Shown here: one piece after another, positions 41,749 to 52,498 of the stretch | Layout: the number at the start of each line of letters is the position of its first letter | Position numbering within the stretch: the stretch's first letter is position 1 | Source of the DNA: Haplodiscus bocki | Taxonomy: Eukaryota | Direction: 5' to 3' | NCBI GenBank assembly: GCA_965655095.1 | Contig: OZ296652.1 | Location: forward strand, 106,020,001 to 106,084,000 | DNA length: 64,000 bases | Made by a program: the position numbers and the translations under genes | The notes under the pieces: generated by a model | Told to the model about the DNA's origin: nothing | Seen by the model: only the letters and a program-made list of their open reading frames with translations | Database searches by the model: none

Positions 41749-41985
41749 ATGCCAACACCTCCTGCAGAACCAGAGTCGCCTCCCCGTCCCGTTTTGTCCC
41801 GCATGCCTCCACCTGTCTACGCCGAAGTTTTTTCAATCTCGGAAAACAACTACGCTCCCGCTCAATTCACATTCCAATCTATTGACCGTTTCCTTCTCGC
41901 AGCTTTGTGTATTTGCGTCATCTGTTTTCTCCTTCTCAATTTGACTTTCGCGTTGTACCTCTATTTTCAATATTTAATTCTCTGA
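41749..41985 (+). CDS. Small leader ORF: Pro-rich, PPxY motif, C-terminal transmembrane helix (78 aa)
   Basis: ATG-initiated open ORF MPTPPAEPESPPRPVLSRMPPPVYAE...FLLAALCICVICFLLLNLTFALYLYF. Confidence 0.5.
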   Translation: MPTPPAEPESPPRPVLSRMPPPVYAEVFSISENNYAPAQFTFQSIDRFLLAALCICVICFLLLNLTFALYLYFQYLIL

Positions 41986-42316
41986 TGGTCGGCACTACTG
42001 TCAGTCCTCTCAACTTTCGTTGGCTGCCTCCTCATCTCCAGTTCCCGGTATCGTCGATGAACTCCAATAAGCAACCGATGACTCTCCGTTTCTTCTCCGC
42101 CTCCTTCCAACTATTCGTTTGAAGAAAAACTCATTACACATTTACCCAAACACTTATGCCTGGACCGATCTTCATAATTGCCTTCATGTTTATCGCAATG
42201 AGACTGTTTTTGCTGGTGCGTTATACGAACATGAATTCGCGAAGTACTTGACTATATGTACTTGAAGTTGTGCTAACTGTCGCATAAACGTGTTGTTCTA
42301 AAACCATTCTAAATTA

Positions 42317-43311
42317 TTGAGATTGACTGCACCCGCTCCTGCCCCTAACTATTCATGCCTTCTTCCGGCATCCTTCACAGGTCTTACCGATGTCGAAGAC
42401 TATCTTATACAATTTGAGGCTGTTTCCACGCTTTCCAATTGGGTCGCTCTGACTTCCGACCCCGCCAGCATTTCTTTTCTGCTGGCCTCACCGGAGATGC
42501 CCTCACTTTTTAACGGTCCCTCACCACTGCCCAAAAGGCGACTACGATGAACTCAAGCGTCTCTTTCGGCGATGATACAAACCCAATGCCGACGTTTTGA
42601 AGACCCAAGTGAAGTCCTAATGCCAATTATCTGGCCAAGATGTGTCCGTTTTTTACCGGATACTCCGTGACCGCAGGAAAAGCTTATACCGACAATGCCG
42701 TGCGCAATGAGCTCCTCCACACCACATTCATCGAAGGGTTGGCCAATTCCGTCGTTCGGTGGGGAGTCCGAAAAGCGAAACCAACAGTGGTTGAGGACGC
42801 ACTTCGATTGGCACTTGAAATGCAATCCTGTTTGAACCTCCATGGCCAGCAGTCCGACACTCCAGCGGCGTCTATTAACAATTTGACTGGTCCTTCGTCG
42901 TCCCAAAGTGAACTTTTTTCAGATCTCATTTTGACCATCAAGGAAGAAGTTAAACGAGTCGTACGTTAACGAAGTGGTCCCCCGCAACAAGGCCGCAGTG
43001 GTCAACGTGCTACCAGCAGCCGATCGCAACAATCGGAGTCGAACAACCATACGAATCAAAATCAGCGCCGCACTTGGATCTCAAACCAAAGAAATTGCAC
43101 CGATAGCCGGGGTAACACCCCCAATAGAAGCCAATCGCACTATTCCAAGAATCGCATGAGTTTCAACAATTCTGGCACCAACTCCGCAAAAGAATGCCAA
43201 CGTTGTCATCGTAAGAATTTTGACACCAAAGATTGTAAAACCTGCTTCAAGTGTGGGCGCGTGGGACATTTTTGGCGTGACTGCCGCAGTCGGTCCCAAC
43301 CTTTAAACTAC
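42317..43311 (+). pseudogene. gag: gag (capsid plus CCHC nucleocapsid), frameshifted
   Basis: FTGLTDVEDYLIQFEAVSTLSNW, FIEGL...ALRLALEM, knuckles CQRCHRKNFDTKDC and CFKCGRVGHFWRDC. Confidence 0.85.
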
Positions 43312-43361
43312 AGCAACCTGCGCATGAGCGAGACGGCTGCGCAGTGGATCCCCATCGTCTC
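43302..43361 (+). promoter_or_regulatory. -1 ribosomal frameshift signal: T TTA AAC plus H-type pseudoknot
   Basis: Heptamer 43302-43308 in gag phase; stem 1 CTGCGCA/TGCGCAG (43318-24/43338-44); stem 2 GAGACG/CGTCTC (43330-35/43356-61); the -1 frame is open through to protease DTG at 43455. Confidence 0.8.
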
Positions 43362-45740
43362 ACCAATGAACCAGCGATTCTCAATTCTGTCATAGACAAC
43401 AAAAGTGTCTGTGTGAATCTTGAGGTCTGTAGCTCCCCAGTTGGAACAGTTTGCGATACTGGCGCTAGTGTGTTTAGCTAACGTTAGCATTAGCTAACGG
43501 CTTTTGAAACGACTTCCTGTCAACTTCCAGAACCAGCTTCAACCAGCCCATCGTCGACTTTTGGCCGCAAATCAAGCTCAAATATCTGCTTCGGGTACAG
43601 TAACTTTGCCTATATCACTCGCTAGCAACCGATACCAGCAACAGTTCATTGTGTTGGAGTCCTCAGAAGCTGATTGTCTTCTTGGTTTAGACTTCCTTGA
43701 AGACAATCACTGTGATGCTCTTTTCTCTAGCATGCAACTCAAGTTCCCTAATTCTCAGACAGTTCCTTTATTTCATAGCCGCAAAGCTCTTTGGGATACT
43801 TCTCCTGAACAAGTTAAGGTAATTGCACGAGAAACCACACTCATTCCAGCTGGTCATGAGGCTGTGATCCTGGGTGAGCTCCTCACCCAGAGTTTTCCGG
43901 GGAAATCCGAGGGTACTTTTGAACCATCACCCGAATTCTGCGACAAACACCGGCTATTGGCCTTCAGTTCTCCTTGTGAGTCTTGAGAGATGAACCGGCT
44001 CGCCTCATTAATCCTGTTGAAAATGTAACTCCTTATAAGGGCATGTCCCTGGGAAGTTTCTCCGCGGTTAGGTCTGCAGAAGTAGCGGCAATGAATCGCG
44101 TCATCGCAGACCAACCTGACAACCCCCAGAGTCAAATTCCTGACAAATGCGACGTTAAAGAAGTACTCAAACAAACTCAGTCTTCCATGGATCCACAGAT
44201 TCGTGCACAATTCGCGCAGCTCCTTCGTATATTTTCCGATGTGTTCTCAAAATTAGAATGGGATATTGGCAAGCGCGACCTTGTTCCGCACAAGATTGAC
44301 CTTTACCCGGGCTCGAAACCGGTCAAGTTACCCAATCGCCGGATGCCCATGCATTTCAAAAAGGATCTACGTCAAAAGATCAACAAGTTCTTAGAACAGA
44401 AATTGATAACGCCATAACACAGTTCCTATGGCTCACCAGTTATGTTGGGCCCGAAGAAAAAGGTAAACTCCGATTGGTCATTGACTATCGACAACTGAAC
44501 ATGCAAACAGTTAGATCTTGCTGGCGATTGCCTTCTGTTGACGAAACTTTTGACAATTTGGAAGGAAGTTGCTACTTTTCAACTATCGACATGTCATGGG
44601 GTTTCTACAAGCTCCCTTTAGAAACTAGTAGTCAGGATTATACAGCATTCAGTACTCCGTTTGGATATTTCAAACGGCTTGTTATGCCAATGGGACTCAC
44701 CGACAGCCCTCCAGTTTTCCAGTCTCTGATGGAAAAAGTCCTAGTCGTCCTTACTTGGAAAACCATCATCCTGTACTTAGATGATTGAATTACCTATTCT
44801 CGAACTGCCGAAGAACACACTGAGAAACTTCGAGAGGTATTCCAACGATTCAAAGGTGCGAACTTAAAAATCAATCCGCTTAAATGTGAGTTTTTCCGAC
44901 AACATGTGCTTTTCCTGGGTCACATTGTTAGTCGAGATGGGATTCAAGCCGATCCAGCTACAACATCAGCTGTGCGCCAGTATCCAGTACCGAAGTCGGT
45001 TACTGAGGTTAAAAGTTTCTTGGGACTCTGTTCTTAATACCAACGGTACGTTCGCGATTTCGCCGCAACTGCTCGACCTCTTCATCAGCTAACAGAAAAA
45101 ATGAAAGAATTCCACTGGCACCAACCCGAAGGCCAAAAGGCTTTTGAACAACTGAAAGATTGTCTCACGTCAACGCCCATTTTAGCCATCCCTTCGATGA
45201 ACAAACGAGCCCTTCATCCTATACATTGATGCAAGTCAATTTGCCATCGGCGCTGTCCCTGCCCAAGAACAGAATGGCTTCGAGCGAGTCATTTGCTACG
45301 CCTCCAAACCTCTCAACAAAGCTAAAAGTCATTACTCGACAACCAGGCGAGAACTTTTAGCTATAGTCAATTACACAAAACACTTCAAGCACTAGCTTAT
45401 AGACCGACGATTCAAGATCATTACGGACCAGAGAACGCTCCAGTGGTTCCATAATTTTAAGGATCCCGACGCCTTAACTGCACGCTGGCTCAAAAAACTC
45501 GCTGCCTTTGACTATGAGATTGAACATCGAAGTGGTAAAAGCATTCGACATGCTGACTGCACGTCACGACTCGCGGTAACAACCGCCGCTCTCAACATGA
45601 CTGCAACCATGGATGTTAACGCTTCCGTAGTTGGTCAGCCGAACCATTCCTCGCCAAATCTTCCTTCTTCTAACAGTCTCACCCCACCAGCACAACCATC
45701 GCATAGCACCACCATACCACGGGAAACCGTTCAAAGCAAT

Positions 45741-45919
45741 CAGACTGATGATGAGCAGTCTGGAGTCAAACACGGCCACGAGGCCAGCGCAAACAACAGT
45801 AAGACTGATGATGAGCAGTCTGAGGTCAGAAATGGCAACGAAGCCGTAGAAAACCCGAATGGTCAGACTGATGATGAGCGGTCTGGGATTACACACGGCC
45901 ACGAAGCCAGTGCAAACAA
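45741..45919 (+). repeat. Three in-frame 60-63 bp tandem repeats in the pol linker
   Basis: Units at 45741, 45801 and 45864 encode QTDDEQSGVKHGHEASANNS / KTDDEQSEVRNGNEAVENPNG / QTDDERSGITHGHEASANK. Confidence 0.9.
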
Positions 45920-45932
45920 ACTGGTATCACAA

Positions 45933-46346
45933 TTCGCGGTAATCGAACACCAAGGAGGGTTGCTGGATTTTCCAAACTCAATAGCCCACTGTATTTCCCT
46001 TGACTTTAAGCTGGGGGCTGGTCTCGCAAAACAAATAAAAGAGAAGTTTCCAAGTTATTGCCCGACGAAAAAGGAGTACAAGCAACAAGTACTGCACGCC
46101 CAGTAGTTGGGTCATGATAAATTTGTTTTTCACTTGATTGTGAAACCTCGCTTTTTTCACAAACCTACATACCGCTCCCTGAGAAAAGCCTTTCTGGCTT
46201 TGCGTGATCATTGGAAGTTCTACAGAATCGACAAAATGGGTATTTCACATCTATCATGTGGTTTAGATAAACTTGATTGGACTGAAGTACAAAAAACTAT
46301 CCACGAAAAATTCAGGGATTCCAAGCCCAAATTAACTGTTTTTACC
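45933..46346 (+). other. TARG1/OARD1 (Poa1p-like) macrodomain embedded in pol, one in-frame stop at 46104
   Basis: SIAHCISLDFKLGAGLAKQIKEKF...FVFHLIVKPRFFHKPTYRSLRKAF...LSCGLDKLDWTEVQ...LTVF aligns with TARG1 SLAHCISEDCRMGAGIA..FKKKF...IYYLITKK...HKPTYENL...IGCGLDRLQWENV...ITVY. Confidence 0.9.
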
Positions 46347-48674
46347 CTGAAAACTCCGTTCGAACGCCCCACGTCTGGTGATCAAACTACAGAAGTCGAT
46401 GTACAGAAAGCACAGACAAGCGATACTGGTATCAATGAGGAACTTACTTGGCTACGCAAGCAATCTCGTCCTCCCTGTTCCCACTTACAGGGTCTCTCTC
46501 ACTATGTATGGAAGATGTGGAATCTTTTTGATTAGCTGACAATCCGTCACGGCAAATTTGCCGGAAGCATGAAAATCTCAAAACCGGTCAAATGATCTTT
46601 CAACAAGTCGTCCCACCTGCATTAGTCCAAATTATCATCTCTGCTCTCCACTTTGGTCAAACAAGTGCCCTTCTAGGAGTCACGAAGACTTTAGAAAAAG
46701 TACGATCCCGTTTTTACCGGCCCGCTTACAAACGCGACGTTGAAGTGTTTGTTGCCAGTTGCTTTGTTTGTCAGAGACGCAGCAGTCCCAAGAAGAAACA
46801 TATCCATAATCTATGGGCATGGAAGCCCAGTTTTCCATTCTCCACGGTCGGTATTGGTTTCTTAGGCCACCTTCCGCCTTCCGCCGGAAATCAATACTTT
46901 CTTCCGATCGGTGATCTTTTCACCAAGTGGCACGAAGCGATCGCGCTACCAGATCAGTCAGCTCTGACAACAGCTAAAGCCCTCATGGATCATTGGATCA
47001 CCCGCTTTGGCTACCCCGACAGCCTTCAATCCGACCAAGGACGTAATTTTGAAACTAAACTTTTCACAAGTCTTATCACACTGCTCCAATTAGATGAAAC
47101 ACGCACAACCTCCTTTCACCCACAATCCAATGCAGTTATTGAGAGGACAAAACGTACACTACTGAAAATGTTGGCTAAAACGACGTATAAAAATCAGCGC
47201 AATTGGTCTGAATTGCTTCCAAATGTAATGCTTGCATATCGCACATCTGTCCAGGAGTCAACCAGCTACACGCCTTTTTCCCTACTTTTCGGCCACGAAG
47301 CGACCCTCCCAATAGTCTTCCAGTTCCCCCCGCGCAGTGACGCTACCTGGAAAATTTATCATGAGTACGTGGCTGAGACACGGCTCCGCTTTCACGCGGC
47401 CTATAAACAGGCCCGTTAGTACCTAAAGGGTCAACAGAAACGTCAACATGCGCTTTATAACGCTAAAGTGCATGGCTCCACATACACCGAAGGTCAATTG
47501 ATACTCCTCCACAATCCGTCAACCCCAAGACGCAGTCCTAAACTTCATTCTTTTTGGCGCGGTTCATACAAAATCACACAAGTCATCAGTGAGATGACTT
47601 ACAAAATTCGTGAGATAGAAACTAACAAAGAGTTAATCGTCCACTACGATCGCATGAAATTTTTCCGTTCGACTCCTGGTGGTTTTGTACCTCCAGCGAA
47701 CACAATTTTTGCACCAATGCAACCGCCCAATGAGCTCGCTTCCAATTCTTTTCCTGCGAACTGTCATTCTTCTTTCTGTGAAGCCCCAGTAACTTGTACT
47801 TCAACAGTTTACCCAGTTCCTGTATCAAGTTCTGTCCCATTAATTCAACCAGCACCGCCCACCACTTTTGCGTCGTCACCAGTTGCTAACGACAATTATC
47901 CCGAGCCCTCTGTGCCGCTGGAGGAAGACACATTTCCAAACCGCTCATCTGATTCCACCTTGTCTTATTCCTCTCATGTTCCTGAAGTCGTTAACTCCCG
48001 AAATCGTTCCTTCAACACTGCTGTTTCCTCCACGTCTTTTCTTGATGACCCATTTCCGGAGCAGCACATCGTCGCTCCTCTTTCCCGGTCCGTTTTCCCC
48101 ACAAATACTTCAACACCAACCAAAACCCTCACGCAACGGCCACTTCTAACTGACGCTCTCCTTAATCATGCATCTTCGCGCATGACCACACTTTCTCCAA
48201 TACGCTGTGCTGATGATAATTGTCCCCGTCTATTACGCAGCAACACCGTCAATCAAAGGCACGCCACCGCTCAACGCATCCTCAATAAACAACTCCCGCA
48301 CGAACTCAAGAATGAATTTGAACTTGAAACAACGCAAACCGCGGGATCTAGTTGTCAATCGATTGAAACAACGCAGTTCACGTCAAAACCGCTGTGCGCA
48401 ACCGTCCAATCCGTCGCAAACTCCATTTTTGCTCATTCGGCAAAAACAATGGTCCAAAAACCGGTCACAAATAGCCAGCGGACCAAACATACAGAAAAAA
48501 CATGTCTTCCTTTTCGTCGGTATCATTAAAAAACGGTTCCCCAACGAATCGGATTGCTTACACTTTTGTACCCATACTAATCAATTCATGCATTCTCTTG
48601 TTTGTACCATATCGGTCTTCTGGTCTCTTCACTCAAATGTATCGCCGTTTTTATTGTTTAGATGTCGCACCTTT

Positions 48675-51002
48675 ATGCTCACGTCCTTTTTGTTTTGTTT
48701 CCTTCTCGCATCCAATGTCCCTGCGAGACAGTTTGTTCGCGATGGTCCTCGTACAGATGGCACTCCAAACATCCAAAGGGCTCTGCGTTCATTTATAACT
48801 ATCAAGCCGTCACTTCGGGAAGTGAAAGCAAAGTCCGTATTTTCTCTCCTTTTCCACGGCCGCCACCAGTTGACTTTACAGCAGTCGATTGGCCTATTAA
48901 TCTTGTCAGTAATATTCAACACAAACTAACCTTTTTGCCCTTTCTAGAAACAGTTGCGTCCGATGAGCTATGCCCAATTGCTATATACACCTCCCAGGAT
49001 CGAGCCAATGGCCTCCGAGAAAGTATTGAATATCGTGTCCACCTGATTGCGGATGAGCGTTCTGCTATTGTACAAGATTACGCTGAACTCTTACATGTTG
49101 CATTTTCGTTTGCACCACTCTCAAGGCAGCCTGCTTCTTTTGGCACTCATCATCATCGACAACAACGACATGTTCCCGCACTCATGGCAGCCTCTGGTGT
49201 GGCTGGCCTTGTTCTAGGAAACCCGATACGAAATGCTGCCTGCAAAGCCTTTTCCATCTTTAGTTTATGTAGTGATAACTCCGCTTTGAAAAACAATGTG
49301 CGCAATCTACTTCAGCGTCAGGCTACGTTTGAGAAAAGTCTCCATCTTGTTCAAGAAGCAAATGCCGAGAAATGTTTCCTTCTGGGCACAGAAATCGTTT
49401 ATACCCAGAAAAGCGTTGAAGCCTTACGAGACGTTGTCGATGCTCATTTGAACGCTACAGGAGAGGCCATTCGTCAACTCGATTCCCGGTCGATTAACAT
49501 GAGTAATTGCATGAGTATCCAGCGTCAATTCGAAATCATTGTAGACAAAGTCCACAATTACACGTCCTACTTGGACCTTGCTTAAATGCAATTGAAATCT
49601 TATCGTGCTTCATTTGTGTCATAAAAGACCTCCATGTATTCCGCGGTGTCCTCGCTTTCTTCTGGATTTGCTCCACCTAATTTCCTCATACCCGAGGAAC
49701 TTGCTGCAATCGTCGAGGACCTTTCCGCCGAAGAGATCCGCCGAGGTACCAAGTTGACGCCCGCGGTTCAAGTTGGTTTTGGTGCTACCTACTAGGAAGT
49801 CCAAATCGTGCTCGAAGTCACTGTTTTGCGAGAAGGCTCCTCCATTGTCTTAGGTATACCGGTGAACTCAAAATCGTCCACCTTCGATGTCTATCGCGCC
49901 ATTGATTTGCATCAAGCTAACGAGGATGGCACGACAGCTTCGGTTTATCGTTTTTCTCATGAGTTAGTGGCCATCGCTACTGATAACTCAAAGTATGCTG
50001 AATTCAGTGCTGCCTTTCTCAGCCAATGTTTTGGAACAAGTCGACCTAAATTATGCCCTAAAGGTTTTTCCACCAAAACGGATGAGACTCGTCTTTGTCT
50101 AACTTCTCTATTTTATGAGTACAACATCCCAGCTCTTCGCAATTGTTTAGTGGCCTCTGTCTTGTTGCTTGAGGCCCCGCAAGCTTCGTATTTAACGGAT
50201 GGTCTTAATCGCGTCATCTCTCGTACTGCACGTTTACAGGTCAAAAACGATACCGATGGTTTACCTGTATCTATATCCACACTCCAGTGTCAAGCCTGTC
50301 TTTTTCGACCCAGTTGTTCGTCTACCCTCACCTTCAATCATGGGGATCTTCTTCTTAGCCCCGACAAAGACTTTTGTGAATTCCGACCCGAGCCGTTCGT
50401 TGCATCTGTCAAACTCACACTTTCTTTGGCTGCAGTCTCTAATACCCTAACTCCTGCCAGCGCCGATTTGAACGTGTATTCATTTGGCGAAGCCCGCAGA
50501 TACATTGTTTCTAGCGTACAGTTGGAGCTGGCTGGCATCCTTGACTCACGTGAAAACAATGACCAACGAGGATCTTCGCACAGTGTCCCAACCAATTTCA
50601 CACTACTACACGACAATTTCTCCTTCCACCAGCCGTGCTTTAGTAGATAACATGCCTATGCGGATTGCTTTCTCGCTGGCATATGTATCCATGACTATTT
50701 CTGTTTTGTCTTTCAGCATCAGTTTTACGCTCTTCCGGCGTCAGTGGCAACGTTTCTTTGAACAACCACAACGGTTCTTCCGCAGCACGCACGGCCGGTT
50801 CCTACACACTGTTCCTAACCTCAACGGCGATGATAACGATGTAACAACAGCTTTCCTGTACATGACGGATGCTGAATTCCTAGCTATCAAAAGATTGGCC
50901 CGCGAAGTCCATGCTCGAAGTGACACAGAAATAACCTCATGCGTTCCTCCTCGCAACCCTTTTTATCCTGACTTAACTCATGTTTACACCTCGGCGACAT
51001 AA
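48675..51002 (+). pseudogene. env: env: class I (F-protein-like) fusion glycoprotein, several stops and frameshifts
   Basis: Signal peptide MLTSFLFCFLLAS; RQQR cleavage (49157-49168) then fusion-peptide-like HVPALMAASGVAGLVLG; heptad region; Cys-rich region; TM IAFSLAYVSMTISVLSFSISFTLF followed by RR; cytoplasmic tail. Polypyrimidine plus AG acceptor at 48645-48661. Confidence 0.85.
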
Positions 51003-51054
51003 TTTCAAACCTCTACGTCTATCATTTACCCGTGTTCAGCCACCGAGATCAGTT

Positions 51055-51369
51055 TTCCGATACCTTAGTATCGAGTTTATTTTTTTTTCACGTATCCTAC
51101 CGATGCCTTTTCCACCGAGAACAGTTTAGGTCCACAGTCTTAGAACTGTGAGTGTAACATCTGAATTAGGTTTCCCTTCTTGTCCTCCATCTCTGCTAAA
51201 GAGGTTTCAGGCTTTTCCGTGGTTTTCCAAAAGTTTCTGCTGGTTTTCAGTGGTTCAGTGCGTAACCCCGCTACGCTTTCCGTGTTTTAACACGAGACTG
51301 TGCTTCCGTAGACTAATTCTACGAGTTTAAGCGTTCGCAGCTCTGCTGCCGTTCCGTGTTTAACACGAG
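51055..51369 (+). promoter_or_regulatory. Array of ~6 short hairpins with shared flanks TC-C[stem-loop]G-AG
   Basis: CGATAC/GTATCG (51055-75), CACAGT/ACTGTG (51131-52), degenerate CGTGG/CCAAA (51215-33), CGTGT/ACACG (51278-96), CGTAGA/TCTACG (51304-25), CGTGT/ACACG (51352-69). Confidence 0.65.
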
Positions 51370-51576
51370 ATAATTTTTGCTTCCTTCTTTTTTGGCACCC
51401 ACCTTTATGTCGTTTGAACGATTTGAATATGCTTTTGTTTCACGTCTTCTTCTCTTCCTGGTGCCTCTTCTGTCGCCGAGGCCCGGCCTGGATCTATCGT
51501 CTTTCTTCTCGACCCAACCCCCTATCGTGTTATATGATGCAACAGCAACTCCGACAGCCTTCTAGTTTTTCCTGAC

Positions 51577-52443
51577 ATGGGCAATAAACGATCTAGTTTT
51601 TTTGCTCCAAAGTCAACCGTTTGGTCCCCTTCCAAACCTCTCCAATCACTGGCCGTCAACACTGAACCCATGGTATGCAACGCCCCTCTCTAACCATCAC
51701 CGATGCCTCCGCCTATCTTGCCTGACATCACAGATGTCGGTGTCTTAACATCGCCAGTTCCGACATCTACAGTGTCCTGTCACACTGACAGCTTTGCTGA
51801 TTTAGATTTTGCTGCCCTGTTAGAAGAAAACGAAGAAGTAGACTGTCTCCAGCAGACCCTCACAGCCACACGAGCAGAATTAGGAAAGCAAAAGGCTTTG
51901 TTCATCCGTTTAGAGCGTGCGTTCAACAAATTGAAGGAAAACTACGAGCAAATCAGTCAATCGCTTATTGCGCAAACCCGCGAAAACAAATTGGACGCCC
52001 GAAATTTTGCAGACCTCAAGGACACCATATCTGACCTCCGCAAACAAAACGCCCTGCTCCAATCGGACCAACACGCTCTCCCAATACTCCATCAGCTTTT
52101 GGCTACGTTGACTGCTCCAGATATAGTTTATATGGACAATGTCAATCCCAGTACATTCCGCTATACAGTTCTGGCTTCCCAGCGCTCCACACCCGGACCT
52201 GACCTCAAAAAAAACTACTTAACATTGATGTGTTTGTGTCACCTGGATCGCCATCCCGGTATTGATCGACATATATCTCAACAACTCATTGCCGTCCATA
52301 ACATTTTAACTGACCCTGTGACTCGAGATATTTACGATTGCTGTGGTGTGCGTGCTGTGACGCGAAAAGATACTACCCATTTTTGCCACCTCTGTAATCC
52401 CCTCCCCCATCTTTACGAAACCCTCGATGACCTTTGGAAATGA
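51577..52443 (+). CDS. Accessory ORF: MGxxxS N-terminus, coiled coil, C-terminal DnaJ J-domain (open 51703-52443; in-frame TAA at 51691)
   Basis: YTVLASQRSTPGPDLKKNYLTLMCLCHLDRHPG...HNILTDPVTRDIYDCCG aligns with DnaJ YEILGVSK...EIRKAYKRLAMKYHPDRN.G...YEVLTDSQKRAAYDQYG; heptad-rich segment precedes it. Confidence 0.8.
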
Positions 52444-52498
52444 CTTACAACCTGCAAATCTATCTCCACTCATGACACAATGCGCGGACGCATTCTTT

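Larger units (their letters stand above)
43302..48529 (+). pseudogene. pol: pol: aspartic protease, RT, RNase H, macrodomain, integrase with long Pro/Ser-rich tail
   Basis: DTGAS and LLGLDFL (PR); IDYRQLN, MPMGL, YLDD (RT); DASQFAIGA, RELLAIV, ARWL (RNase H); H..CFVC, SDQGRNFE, IERTKRTL, WRGSY (IN); scattered stops and frameshifts. Confidence 0.95.

Noticed and set aside
45805-45850. Hammerhead-ribozyme-like core (CTGATGA...GAAA TGGC..GCCG TA) in the second pol repeat
   Set aside because: Stem I cannot form, stem II is poor, the other two units lack GAAA, and CTGATGA is explained by Thr-Asp-Asp codons.
48207-48929. 240 aa ORF overlapping pol and env as a separate gene
   Set aside because: Mostly an alternative frame of the integrase tail; only the part from 48675 is meaningful, as the frameshifted env signal peptide.
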